Source: an uncultured Peptococcaceae bacterium (GTDB lineage: Bacteria > Bacillota > Dehalobacteriia > UBA4068 > UBA4997). From it: a stretch of 64,000 nt of DNA. Made by a program: the position numbers and the translations under genes. Positions 18,505 through 28,700 of this stretch are shown one piece after another (the first letter of the stretch is position 1; each line of letters starts with the position of its first letter). The stretch spans positions 74,512 through 138,511 of the forward strand of contig CALCQI010000012.1 of NCBI GenBank assembly GCA_937897635.1, given 5' to 3'. The notes under the pieces were generated by a model that searched no databases, was not told the origin of the DNA, and saw only the letters and a program-made list of their open reading frames with translations.

Positions 18505-19365
18505 TTAAGAGCATACAGCACTTAATTCCGCCTCATCGCTGGACAAACTTTTATAATAGTGGCAAAGTGCAATATGCAAGTTTTTCATATCTTCAAAACC
18601 CTCTTTTTCTGACAATTGATTGATATTTGCTTTTTTGCAAACATTCAGTTCCTTTTTGGATAAATAGAACTGCTTCACAAACTCTTCCTCTATCTGCTCA
18701 TTATCATCATAATATCCTAATCGATTTTCACGATCTGAAAAATCAGGATTTACTAATGTATTCAAATACACTTCCTCAACAATTGGTTTGAATAACTTTT
18801 GTACACGTTCTAAGGTATTGATGTATTTAGAAATTCTTTCGTCTATGGTAGCTTGTGAGGTAATTGTAATATTCCCATTTGCATGTGCATATTTATTGCG
18901 TTCTTCCACAAGCTTTCTTAATTCGCCTTGTAAGTCAGGATCCATTCCTGCAATTTTAAGCAACAAGAATACGTCACTTTCATTTAACATAGCGAAACTG
19001 CCAAAATATAATTCTCCATTTCTTGTATTGCTGGCCCCATAAAAATCTTTTGCACGATTATCTTTACTTAAATAGTAAATTGCTTTTTCTAACTCATCAG
19101 GTGTGCTTATATTTAGTTGTAACAATAGATAATAAATACAAACCATAAATATCATGTGCAGCTGTATATATGCAAACTGATACAATCCATTAGAATAGCT
19201 AAGGGTAAGTGCTTTAAACAAAGTCTGTACATATTCTCTTTCATTTTCATCTTTATAAAGTACTGGCAAGTAGTCATAGAGCAAGTATATTTCTTCATTC
19301 ACTTCGTGCTCATAGTCTGTATAGTTTGATTCCATGATTTTGTAATTTACATCCATATCACTCAT
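18505..19365 (-). CDS. Hypothetical protein translationally coupled to hsdMS; contains an RxxxxH (HEPN-like) motif
   Basis: ATG 1 nt after the hsdMS stop; 'ERNKYAH'. Confidence 0.65.
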   Translation of the reverse strand: MSDMDVNYKIMESNYTDYEHEVNEEIYLLYDYLPVLYKDENEREYVQTLFKALTLSYSNGLYQFAYIQLHMIFMVCIYYLLLQLNISTPDELEKAIYYLSKDNRAKDFYGASNTRNGELYFGSFAMLNESDVFLLLKIAGMDPDLQGELRKLVEERNKYAHANGNITITSQATIDERISKYINTLERVQKLFKPIVEEVYLNTLVNPDFSDRENRLGYYDDNEQIEEEFVKQFYLSKKELNVCKKANINQLSEKEGFEDMKNLHIALCHYYKSLSSDEAELSAVCS

Positions 19366-19366
19366 A

Positions 19367-21838
19367 TTACTCACCCCAGACTTCAGAAATCTTATCCTTA
19401 ATTTTTTGTTTGAACATTTCAATTAGTCGTTTGTTTTGCCTTACAATAGTCATTTCTTCAGTAATATCATTTACAACCTTTTTTTGAGTTTTTAAATCAG
19501 GAATGGGAATTAAAAAATTCCTGATTTGTTCTGTTTTTAAATTTTTAAAAACAGCCCCTACAGATTGGCTATTGTTTTCTTCTTTAACTTTCATCAAATA
19601 AAAATATAAAAATTCAATATCGACCTTAGTATTATCTATTTCTTTAAATCCTGCAAAACCGTCATGTATGCATGCATCAACATTTAGAATTGCACATGTT
19701 CCTGGTTGTCCACTTACGGCCATTACCAACTCGCCTTTTAGCATCGGTCTACTTAATTTTGCACCTTCTTCAGTAAGGAAGTCTATCTGTGGAGTTACAT
19801 ACATTCCATCTCTTGTTACATCAGCAACCATCAATCGAGGGATTTTTCCTCCATAATATTTTGGTTCTCCTGCAGGTCGTGGTGAACTTCCCCTTATGAT
19901 TTGACTGACATCTCCCAACTTCACCATTTCCCAGCTTGGGTCTATTTTGATAGTCGGCTTATAATTATCAACAACCTGCTTTGCACCGTCGATAATCTTT
20001 TGATACCCCTCAATTTCCTTTGCAATTTCCTCTTGAATATGTAAAGGTGGGAGAGGAATTTTTATTTGTTTTAAATCAGATGTTTTTATACTTGCTTGAT
20101 TTACTGCTTTTTGAGCAAATATTTTAGCGCGATTAATAAAATTATCTGACTTCATACATAATATTGCATATTTTGGATTAACAATAGCTTTATTTAGTCT
20201 AAGTCTAATTAAGTTTATGCCATGGACAACTTTTTCACTAATTCCAGGAAAAATTGCAGTCTTAGCAAGATGATCATAACTATTTATATGACTTAATAAG
20301 ATATCACCCTCCTGCATAAAATAGTTTTCTGTAGGCTCATCATTGGTCCATTTTGTCTTGTTTAAATCAACTGTACCATCTGCAATCGTCTGTATCCTTG
20401 TAACTCTATACTTTCCACATTCATTAATTTGAGTTACATTTGTACCATTTCGAATTTCAAGTGCAATTTCATCTAATTCCACAATCGGATAATCACTATT
20501 CACTACCACAGCTTCTTTATATCTCTCACCAACCAAAATATAATCCTGCTCGGCGATATCCATTTTACTTGCTATCGTTACAAGTGCATTATCTGATACA
20601 TCAATTCCCTTCTGATAACCCTTAATAATCTTGACTGCCTCAGGAATATCACTACCTTTAACATCTCGTCTTTGAGCCCCTAAATCATACCCGTCATTGT
20701 TTATCTTAATAAACAGAATTTCATCCTTTTGCTTTGCAAGTGTCCTATCAAATAGCAGAATGCTTGTCTTTACACCGCTGTATGGATTGAATACCCCAGC
20801 GGGAAGTGATATTACTGCATAGAGCAAATCGTCTTCTACTAAATATTTTCTAAGTGCTTTATATGCATTAGCTGATTGGAATACAATGCCCTCAGGAACA
20901 ATAATACCAGCCCTACCTGTTGGATTTAAATGCTCTGCTATATAATCGACAAACAATACCTCTGCACGTTTTGCAGGGATTCTATATCTGTTATGAGGAA
21001 TAATACCGCCCTTTGGTGTCATAAACGGCGGATTAGCTAAAATTACATCATAGGTTTCATCCCATTTTTCAAGGCTTGATAAGGTATCATATTCATTGAT
21101 CTGAGGTTTTGAAAATTTATGTAAATACATGTTTACTCTTGATAATCTAACCATATCAGGTGAAATATCATATCCTGCAAAACTTTCAGTCATTCTCTTT
21201 CTTTCGTCTGCTGATAATGTACTGATACCGTCTTTATCTTTATTTTTCCCTAAAATATGTTTATATGAACTAATTAAAAATCCTGCTGTTCCACAGGCTG
21301 GATCAAGAATGCTGTCTGTCTTCTGCGGATCAACTATCTCAACTATCATATCAATTATATGCCTTGGAGTTCTAAACTGCCCTGCATCGCCCTGACTACC
21401 CATTATTGAAAGAAGATACTCAAAAGCATTTCCTAAATCCTCACTATGGTCATAACTGAAATCATTGATTTCTTTTAGAAACATATTCAATGTTTCTGCA
21501 TCACGATAGGGAACATAAGCTCCTCTAAATATATCTCTAAAAAGTTGTGGCAAATGAGGATTCATGCTCATTTTGTCAATGCCCTCTGCATAGAGATTAG
21601 CCCTTTGCTGTCCGCTATTCTCTGGCTGCATAATGTTAGTCCAAGCATATTTTTCATATTCTTCCTTAAAGAACTCCCTGCTGCCACCAAATTCCATACC
21701 CTCTAAATCCATATCATCCATGAATTTATAAATCAAAGCTATGGTAATTTGTTCTACCTGCGCTTTTGGGTCTGGTACCTTACCTACTAATATATCTCTT
21801 AAAGTATTTATTTTTCTCTTAACGTCAAAGTTTAACAT
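19367..21838 (-). CDS. Type I-like R-M fused methyltransferase-specificity subunit (HsdM-HsdS)
   Basis: 'GQFRTPRH', 'DPACGTAGFL', 'NPPF'; two TRD units each ending 'IPLPPL..Q' / 'IPIPDL..Q'. Confidence 0.9.
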   Translation of the reverse strand: MLNFDVKRKINTLRDILVGKVPDPKAQVEQITIALIYKFMDDMDLEGMEFGGSREFFKEEYEKYAWTNIMQPENSGQQRANLYAEGIDKMSMNPHLPQLFRDIFRGAYVPYRDAETLNMFLKEINDFSYDHSEDLGNAFEYLLSIMGSQGDAGQFRTPRHIIDMIVEIVDPQKTDSILDPACGTAGFLISSYKHILGKNKDKDGISTLSADERKRMTESFAGYDISPDMVRLSRVNMYLHKFSKPQINEYDTLSSLEKWDETYDVILANPPFMTPKGGIIPHNRYRIPAKRAEVLFVDYIAEHLNPTGRAGIIVPEGIVFQSANAYKALRKYLVEDDLLYAVISLPAGVFNPYSGVKTSILLFDRTLAKQKDEILFIKINNDGYDLGAQRRDVKGSDIPEAVKIIKGYQKGIDVSDNALVTIASKMDIAEQDYILVGERYKEAVVVNSDYPIVELDEIALEIRNGTNVTQINECGKYRVTRIQTIADGTVDLNKTKWTNDEPTENYFMQEGDILLSHINSYDHLAKTAIFPGISEKVVHGINLIRLRLNKAIVNPKYAILCMKSDNFINRAKIFAQKAVNQASIKTSDLKQIKIPLPPLHIQEEIAKEIEGYQKIIDGAKQVVDNYKPTIKIDPSWEMVKLGDVSQIIRGSSPRPAGEPKYYGGKIPRLMVADVTRDGMYVTPQIDFLTEEGAKLSRPMLKGELVMAVSGQPGTCAILNVDACIHDGFAGFKEIDNTKVDIEFLYFYLMKVKEENNSQSVGAVFKNLKTEQIRNFLIPIPDLKTQKKVVNDITEEMTIVRQNKRLIEMFKQKIKDKISEVWGE

Positions 21839-21847
21839 TCTGCTCCC

Positions 21848-24376
21848 CTATGCAACAAATCTTGATACATTCACATTATCATTGATATAATCTACTACTT
21901 GTCTCATATTATCTACCCCTAACCCCTTTAAGTCCGACATGGTATATGTGCTGACCTCTGTACCAAGAAGTTGATATTTCTCATCCTCTATTACCCGTCT
22001 AACATCTTTATCCATAATATAGGTTTCAAAGAAACGCCTAATTTCTGAATACTTATCAGCTTGTATTGGTCTGGTTAGTAAATAACTTTCAAACTCATCT
22101 TCAATAAGTTCTCTCTTGGACTTAAAGGCAGGGATCGCACCAAATATCTTATCAAGGATTTCCTTTACCGTTACCCTCCTGTCAATACCAATGGAACGTT
22201 TCAACTTATCCCAAGTATAGTATTCTGATGGCTTATTCATAATCTGTTCTTCAATGTAGTGCTGAACTGCAGCATAGTTGCCTTGTTCATACTGCTCTTT
22301 TGCAGTCTCGTCTTCCTTAACTTCACTTTCAAACTTATCAAAAAACATACGGTCAATTTTCATACCCTCAAAGCCTATTGGAGTTTCCATGATAAACTTG
22401 AGCGGATCTGGCTCGAAATTTTCATATTGGGTACTTCCTACTGGTGGTGTCTTTATATCATTTCCTTTCCCCTGAGGTTTTGGAAGTTTGATTACCTCAT
22501 CATAGTTGAACTTCTCCTCGAAGTACTCACAGTTTCCGAAGAAGTCAAACAATTTGAAAGTATCCTTTTGCGCCTTATGTTCTTGTATAACTCCAGCGAT
22601 TTTGTCCTTATAGCTAAATTCAAACTTCCTTGTGCCTCTGCCCTTAATCTGTATAAAATCAGTAGGGGAGAAGATAGGTCGAAGTAACCCGATATTCAGT
22701 AAATCTTCACAATCATAACCCGTTGTCATCATGCCAACAGTAACACATACTCTTGTTTTAGAGGACTTGTAATTCTCTAAGAACTTTGTAGTACCACTTA
22801 ATTTATTATTCTGGAAGTTGACGGTATAGATTTGAGTGTTCATAACATCTGAAGTTATCTGCATTGCAAAATCCGAGTAATATTTATCAGGAAACAATTT
22901 ATCAGCAAATTCATTAAGTATCTGCGTGATTTTAGCTGCATGCTTACGACTGACACAGAAAATAATGCTCTTTCCGATTTCACCTGATAAAGGATCTCGT
23001 TTTGCGTTTTCCATAAAGGTTTTAACAAACATTCTGTTGGTTTCTTCTGAAAAGAATTTCCTTTCAAAATCCTTTACATAGAATATTTCTTCTTCATCCT
23101 CATTATCTTCGGTTTGGTTTATAACTGCATACCCCTCATCAGCAAGAAGTTGTGTAGTAATATCTGTTCTTGCATCCACTACTGTTGGATTTATAAGATA
23201 CCCCTCCTTAACACCATCTAATAGGGAATATCTGAATGTAGGGTCACCACTTTCACAACCGAAAGTCTTATATGAATCCAATAATTGTCTCTTTTCCCAT
23301 GCTCTTGGGTCTGTAGATTTCAACTTTGTAATATCTACATTCTTGATATAATCTTTAGGTGTTGCAGTAAGTCCCAGCTTGTACCCTAAGAAATATTCAA
23401 ATACAGCTCTGTAATTACCATTGATTGACCTATGACTTTCATCAACTATTAACAGCGAAAAATCCGTTGGCTTAAAGTATTTCTTATATTTATTATTGAA
23501 CATCAAGGTCTGGACCGTAGAAACAACAACTTCCGCTTTTCGCCAGTCTTCTGCGCTTTCCTTGAATACAACGGTATGATAATCAGGTGATAGATAATTT
23601 TGAAAATTCTTCTTTGCTTGGTTTTCAAGTTCAATCCTATCTACTAAAAATAATATCCTGTGCGCATTTCCACTTCTTAAAAACAATCTGATAACTGCTG
23701 CAGCCGTTAAAGTTTTACCCGTTCCTGTTGCCATTTCAAATAAAAATCTCTGGTTACCTTTTTTTACTGATTTCTGCAATGCTTTGACCGCATTGAGCTG
23801 ATAAGCTCTTAAAAACCTTAAGCCGCTATCCTTTAAGAATTTTATTCTTGATTCAGGATTTTGGTATTCTGGTGCTTCGCTATATTTGGGATTTTTGACT
23901 ACCGCTATGTAATCTTCTCTGACGTCCTCATTATATAATCTCGCTGGGTCAGCATTAAAAGCTTTATTTTCTCTAATGCTTTCACAATTAGGGAAATTAG
24001 TGATTATCTGAGGATTACATTTGTATATGTTCCAAAAATAGTGTTGGTTTCCATTTGACAGGATAACATACTTTATAAATAATGACTTTGCATACTCTCT
24101 GGCTTGCTCTTTACCCACCAACGGGTCTTTATCTTCCGACTTGGCTTCAAGTACAATAAATGGATGCCCTTTGTCGTCAAGCAATAAAAAGTCAATAAAC
24201 CCATTCTTGATCTTATCAAAGTTTTCGCCCATATCATCTACTTGTTTCTTCGAGATTTTTACATTCGGCTCTACTTGAATATTTGCTGGTTTCCCATCCT
24301 CATCAAAGAATCTCCAACCTGCTTCTTCAAGTAATTTGTTTATTTTAATTCTTGCTTTAGCTTCTTTGGCACTCAT
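21848..24376 (-). CDS. hsdR: Type I restriction endonuclease R subunit (DEAD-box translocase)
   Basis: Nuclease 'IDFLL...VLEAK', 'MATGTGKT', 'DESHRS', 'GLTATP', 'QIKGRGTR'. Confidence 0.9.
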   Translation of the reverse strand: MSAKEAKARIKINKLLEEAGWRFFDEDGKPANIQVEPNVKISKKQVDDMGENFDKIKNGFIDFLLLDDKGHPFIVLEAKSEDKDPLVGKEQAREYAKSLFIKYVILSNGNQHYFWNIYKCNPQIITNFPNCESIRENKAFNADPARLYNEDVREDYIAVVKNPKYSEAPEYQNPESRIKFLKDSGLRFLRAYQLNAVKALQKSVKKGNQRFLFEMATGTGKTLTAAAVIRLFLRSGNAHRILFLVDRIELENQAKKNFQNYLSPDYHTVVFKESAEDWRKAEVVVSTVQTLMFNNKYKKYFKPTDFSLLIVDESHRSINGNYRAVFEYFLGYKLGLTATPKDYIKNVDITKLKSTDPRAWEKRQLLDSYKTFGCESGDPTFRYSLLDGVKEGYLINPTVVDARTDITTQLLADEGYAVINQTEDNEDEEEIFYVKDFERKFFSEETNRMFVKTFMENAKRDPLSGEIGKSIIFCVSRKHAAKITQILNEFADKLFPDKYYSDFAMQITSDVMNTQIYTVNFQNNKLSGTTKFLENYKSSKTRVCVTVGMMTTGYDCEDLLNIGLLRPIFSPTDFIQIKGRGTRKFEFSYKDKIAGVIQEHKAQKDTFKLFDFFGNCEYFEEKFNYDEVIKLPKPQGKGNDIKTPPVGSTQYENFEPDPLKFIMETPIGFEGMKIDRMFFDKFESEVKEDETAKEQYEQGNYAAVQHYIEEQIMNKPSEYYTWDKLKRSIGIDRRVTVKEILDKIFGAIPAFKSKRELIEDEFESYLLTRPIQADKYSEIRRFFETYIMDKDVRRVIEDEKYQLLGTEVSTYTMSDLKGLGVDNMRQVVDYINDNVNVSRFVA

Positions 24377-24594
24377 TTACTATCACCACCTACATCATCT
24401 ATATAATCAACAATATCTCCTATATTGCATTTAAGTTCTTTACATATCTTCCCGAGCACATCCATATTCACTTTCTCATTTTTTGATAGGCGAGCCAAGG
24501 TGTTAGGACTAATGCTGATCTTGTCTCTTAACTCAACTTTTTTCATATTTTTATCTATTAAAAGCTTCCACAACCTGTTATAGCTGAACCCCAT
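24373..24594 (-). CDS. Cro/C1-type HTH regulator leading the R-M operon
   Basis: 'SYNRLWKLLIDKNMKK..L......NTLARL...E.V...L.KIC..L.C.IGDIV'; overlaps the hsdR start. Confidence 0.85.
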   Translation of the reverse strand: MGFSYNRLWKLLIDKNMKKVELRDKISISPNTLARLSKNEKVNMDVLGKICKELKCNIGDIVDYIDDVGGDSK

Positions 24595-25210
24595 ATAACT
24601 ACACCTCCCGAATATTACAATTTATGCTAAATATGATATCACATTATGTAGTTTTATGCAATACTTTTGGTATACTTTGAGGGATTTTAGATATTAAAAA
24701 AGATAGTGCTGTTGACACTACCCTTATTATTAAGCCAAATATTCTGCTATTTGCTGTTCTTTTGAAGCTATATCACTGTTCAGTCTTTCAACGGTTAGAT
24801 ATGCTGAAACCACTATGATCCGAATTTATTTACACTTCCACCTTGTATTGACCTCCGAACTCGAATTTCTTCACTTGTCAGCCTCCAAAAATTTTTGCTC
24901 GCTTTCTTCTATACTCATTCTTTTTTTATTATATTTTTTATGTCCAATACTTACTCAACTGCAGTATCAATCTTTTATATCTGTCTATTCCAAATCGGCA
25001 TTGCATTGATATACCTATATATTCTTAATGCTTGAAATTAGTATAAAAACTTTTACTGGTGAATCATTGATTTTGAATGGGAAAATGGCTTGAAACTGTT
25101 GACATGTATAGTATTTCTCAAATTTTAGGTTCAAAGGCTTCTTTTTTATCATATGAAAGCTTCTATATTGTAAACAGACCTTACTTTTATTCTTGTAACC
25201 ACGCCTTACC

Positions 25211-25744
25211 CTAATTTCTTTTCCTTGTAGGGTAAGGCATATTGTGCTTTTTCAGGATTTTATACACGTACTGTCTACTTACTTTTGCAAGATTTGCAAT
25301 TTCTTCTATACTCATGCGGGATTGATATCCCAGCTTTATTGTTTCTTCTAATTCAGACTGCGTTGATTTCTCAATTTTGATTTTATTTTTCTTTCTATAA
25401 TTGCATATAACTTTATAGATGTAATCAGGTGTTGCTTCTGTGAGCAGAGCAATCTCTTCATAGCTTTTATCCTGAGAAAAGTATAATTCAATCTGATCCT
25501 TTTTGCAGAGAAGCTTACTATCATTGGCAAGTTTAAGTTCTTCCATTTTTTCTCGTTTATAAAGCTCACATCTCATTGCCACCAGTTTCTCGTTTAGTTC
25601 GCTTTCTTTATTATAATTGGACTTTATCTCTTTCAATCGGGCATTTGATTTAGCAAGCTGCGTCAGCAAAGCATCTTTATTATTCAATAAATCTTCGTCG
25701 GCAAATCCAATTTTATTATTAGTTCCCTTATATGTAATTAACAT
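25211..25744 (-). CDS. Protein with two HTH-like repeats
   Basis: 'SYEEIALLTEATPDYIYKVI' and 'SIEEIANLAKVSRQYVYKIL'. Confidence 0.6.
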   Translation of the reverse strand: MLITYKGTNNKIGFADEDLLNNKDALLTQLAKSNARLKEIKSNYNKESELNEKLVAMRCELYKREKMEELKLANDSKLLCKKDQIELYFSQDKSYEEIALLTEATPDYIYKVICNYRKKNKIKIEKSTQSELEETIKLGYQSRMSIEEIANLAKVSRQYVYKILKKHNMPYPTRKRN

Positions 25745-26043
25745 TTGAATTGCCTTTGTTTCTTTTTCGCCCGTACAATAGACTTACTTTCTTTGGTTTT
25801 CTTTTTCAAATTGGCACACCCCCTTAAGTTGTTATATGTTATGTAACATATAACAATTATAACATAAAATATTTGGGTTGTCGATATAAAAGTGGTGCTT
25901 TTAATATAAAAACTGCTACCAATTTCAGAATTAGTAGCAGTTTTATTCGTATTCAGTTTGCGTGTCTTGGTTTTCCCTTGTGACACAGTCGCTTTATTGG
26001 TTTCGCCTTTTTGTTCATATGTATGCATCCCTTATATATTTTT

Positions 26044-26355
26044 CTATTTTCTTTTTACCAGAGTCAACATTTTTATTGTGGTTGTCTTAATATCTTCGAG
26101 TGCATGTATTATGCTTATTTCAGTATTTTCCATTTGACAATGATCGATAGCAAGCTTTAGCAAAGGATCGATCTCGTCATAGTCTTTGTTCTGATTTTTT
26201 TTAAATAAATTTAGAAACTCTATTATTTGAGCATCTACTTCTATTTTATCATGTGCATCAATACAACCTTGCAATTCGCCAATTGCTCGATACGTATTTG
26301 CTATTTGTTTTAATATGACTTTCGTTTCTACAATATAATTATACTGATCATTCAT
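26044..26355 (-). CDS. Hypothetical protein
   Basis: ORF, probable start MNDQY; no motif recognised. Confidence 0.4.
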   Translation of the reverse strand: MNDQYNYIVETKVILKQIANTYRAIGELQGCIDAHDKIEVDAQIIEFLNLFKKNQNKDYDEIDPLLKLAIDHCQMENTEISIIHALEDIKTTTIKMLTLVKRK

Positions 26356-26496
26356 TTTTCTCACACTTCTAATAATAATTTTTCCAAAACATGGGGTAAT
26401 ATGCCATAATGCTTTTATTGTAAAACTGACCTCACCCATGCTGTTTAGAAACCAAATTAAGCTGACAAACTCATTAATTCATAGTTTTCTGGAGAA

Positions 26497-26770
26497 TTAT
26501 ATCCAAGTTTTTTGTAGTCTAACCATGTTATAAAAAGTTTCTACATAATCAAAGATAGAAGCTTTAGCTTGATCATGGGTTTGATAGTTTTCATGATAAA
26601 TCAATTCCGTCTTTAAAGTACTAAAAAATGACTCCATACAAGCATTATCCCAACAGTTGCCTTTGCATCTCATGCCCTGTACGAAACTATACTTTTTGAG
26701 TAAAGAACGATTTTTTTTACTGGCATATTGCACACCCTTATCCGAATGACAAATGACACCTTTGGCTGTT
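26497..26770 (-). pseudogene. IS3-family transposase remnant (integrase core C-terminus)
   Basis: 'HSDKGVQYAS', 'KGNCWDNACMESFFSTLKTE', 'FDYVETFYN'. Confidence 0.85.
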
Positions 26771-27014
26771 ATCCTGTGATCAAAAAAGAGTTTACCAATC
26801 TAACTATAAAAGGGAATGTGCATCTTTTGCCAAATATATTGTTAAATTGGCTTTCCCAAAACAAGTGGTCGGCTGACCCTCTAATTAGATAAGGATTTGC
26901 TATACAATGATAATCGGCAAAGTCCTTTCTGCCTTTAGAAAAATCTTTCCAAGCAATTTTATTGGGATTATCTTTAGCATATTGGTACATAGACTTATTA
27001 AATTGATATATCAT
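26769..27014 (-). CDS. Hypothetical protein, possibly truncated by the IS3 remnant
   Basis: AAGGAG RBS; the ORF ends where the IS fragment begins. Confidence 0.35.
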   Translation of the reverse strand: MIYQFNKSMYQYAKDNPNKIAWKDFSKGRKDFADYHCIANPYLIRGSADHLFWESQFNNIFGKRCTFPFIVRLVNSFLITG

Positions 27015-27173
27015 AGTTTCTTTTCTCCTTATTTAAAATTGTTCAGTTTTTACTAAAAATGGAGTATTTTTTTACTCCAATGATAAATTTCATTATTAAT
27101 GTACAGAGAAGATTAATAAATTAGTAATATTCTGTAATAAATCAAGTTTCATAAATATAAAAAAGAATGGGGC

Positions 27174-27530
27174 TTAAAATCCCATCTCTCCGAAATTATT
27201 AAAATTATTATCATTCACATTGTCGTTCATTTGGTTTATATTATCCATTCTCGCTATCGCCGCATCCGTATCCGATGGATTAAACCCTTCACCTTGCATA
27301 TATCCACCCATATTAAATGGTGTTACGGACTTCATGGTTTCATTCATGGCCCACTGGTTGAATTGGTCAAACATCTGCCAACTCATAAGTGTGTTCAAAA
27401 GAGCATCCTCCTGACTTGTATGTTTATATAATATAATCTGATCTAACAGAATAATACCCATTATTAATTGAGCTATTTCAACATTAAATAGTTTTTCATA
27501 AAAATTAATGTGCATACTAAAACAAATCAA
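27174..27530 (-). CDS. Hypothetical protein or fragment (Met/Asn-rich C-terminus)
   Basis: ORF only; no clear RBS. Confidence 0.3.
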   Translation of the reverse strand: MICFSMHINFYEKLFNVEIAQLIMGIILLDQIILYKHTSQEDALLNTLMSWQMFDQFNQWAMNETMKSVTPFNMGGYMQGEGFNPSDTDAAIARMDNINQMNDNVNDNNFNNFGEMGF

Positions 27531-27533
27531 ATT

Positions 27534-28364
27534 TTAGCCTTGCATTGTTCTGCCCCATAAAAGAATATAATCCAACTGTCCCTTATTAACCTTTAAATAA
27601 TCAACAGAAAGCGATTTGTTTATAGTGCCATCTTTTTTTACTAATGGACTATCTTCAAAAAGACCATTAAAAGACTGCCATGGATTTAAGTCAAAATAGA
27701 TTTGAATACTTTCATGTCCTTGGGCTATATCTTGACCCGTAATATTTTTGAATTTAGCATTCAGATTCCAATGCAAACCACCTTCAATTGGAGTGGTCTT
27801 TAGTGTGCATTCTGTGGGAACAAAGGCATTATTGTTTTCAACCTTGTTACCTGCAACTGAATCCATCATAGAAGTAATTGCATTAGTTTTCATGATTCTA
27901 TCATCATTCAATTGGGTATAGTGATAATCGCTATTCCATGTGATTTTAATACCAAATGCATCTGCCAATGCCCTAACAGAAATAAACATTGTTCCATTCT
28001 CAAGAATCGGAGCAGCATTTATTTTACTGTTTTTTCCATCAATCTGAATAGTTTTAGAGTTTGCGGTCATTGTGACTGTTTGCTTTCCGAAAGTAATATC
28101 TGTGCTTTGAGTTTTTTGGTCATAAACAACATTTGCACCGATTAATCTTCTACAGAATACACCGCATGGAACCATTAACTGATTATCCTTAGTTAAGTAT
28201 GGACCATTTGGCTTAACGGACACCACATAAAATTGATTCATTTTTAATAAAATGGGTAACTTTGTAGTAGTTACTCTCTGGTTCGTTGCCGCAAAAGAAG
28301 TTGTTGTAAAGGATACCATTAAAACTAACGACAAACAAAATGTAATAATTCTTTTTAATTTCAT
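27534..28364 (-). CDS. Secreted copper amine oxidase N-terminal (stalk) domain protein
   Basis: Signal peptide; 'LMVP.....LIGANV.YD', 'APILENGTMFISVRALADAFGIKITWN'. Confidence 0.85.
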   Translation of the reverse strand: MKLKRIITFCLSLVLMVSFTTTSFAATNQRVTTTKLPILLKMNQFYVVSVKPNGPYLTKDNQLMVPCGVFCRRLIGANVVYDQKTQSTDITFGKQTVTMTANSKTIQIDGKNSKINAAPILENGTMFISVRALADAFGIKITWNSDYHYTQLNDDRIMKTNAITSMMDSVAGNKVENNNAFVPTECTLKTTPIEGGLHWNLNAKFKNITGQDIAQGHESIQIYFDLNPWQSFNGLFEDSPLVKKDGTINKSLSVDYLKVNKGQLDYILLWGRTMQG

Positions 28365-28700
28365 ATATATACCTCCTTATGTCAATCATTTTATAACTTA
28401 ATATAGGTTTATACAATACTGATATAAAATAAAACGGAATTATCCCCTCATGTACTGTAATAAAATTATAAGACTGATTTACAGCTATTTTCGTGGGATT
28501 TATTTAATTTTGAAATCAATAAGTACGTAAAGGGATAATTCCGAGATAAAATTGTTCATAGTGATTCTCCTGGACAGACGCATAAACCCTTAAAAAGGAG
28601 GACCACTATGAACAGACTTGTATTACTTCGAGTTTAGCTAAAGCAATAGATAACTATCAAATTTATATTATGATGGATAAATAGTTTTATTTTACTAATT

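Noticed and set aside
25738-26028. 96-aa ORF upstream of the double-HTH gene
   Set aside because: Low-complexity, no motif, weak start context; likely non-coding
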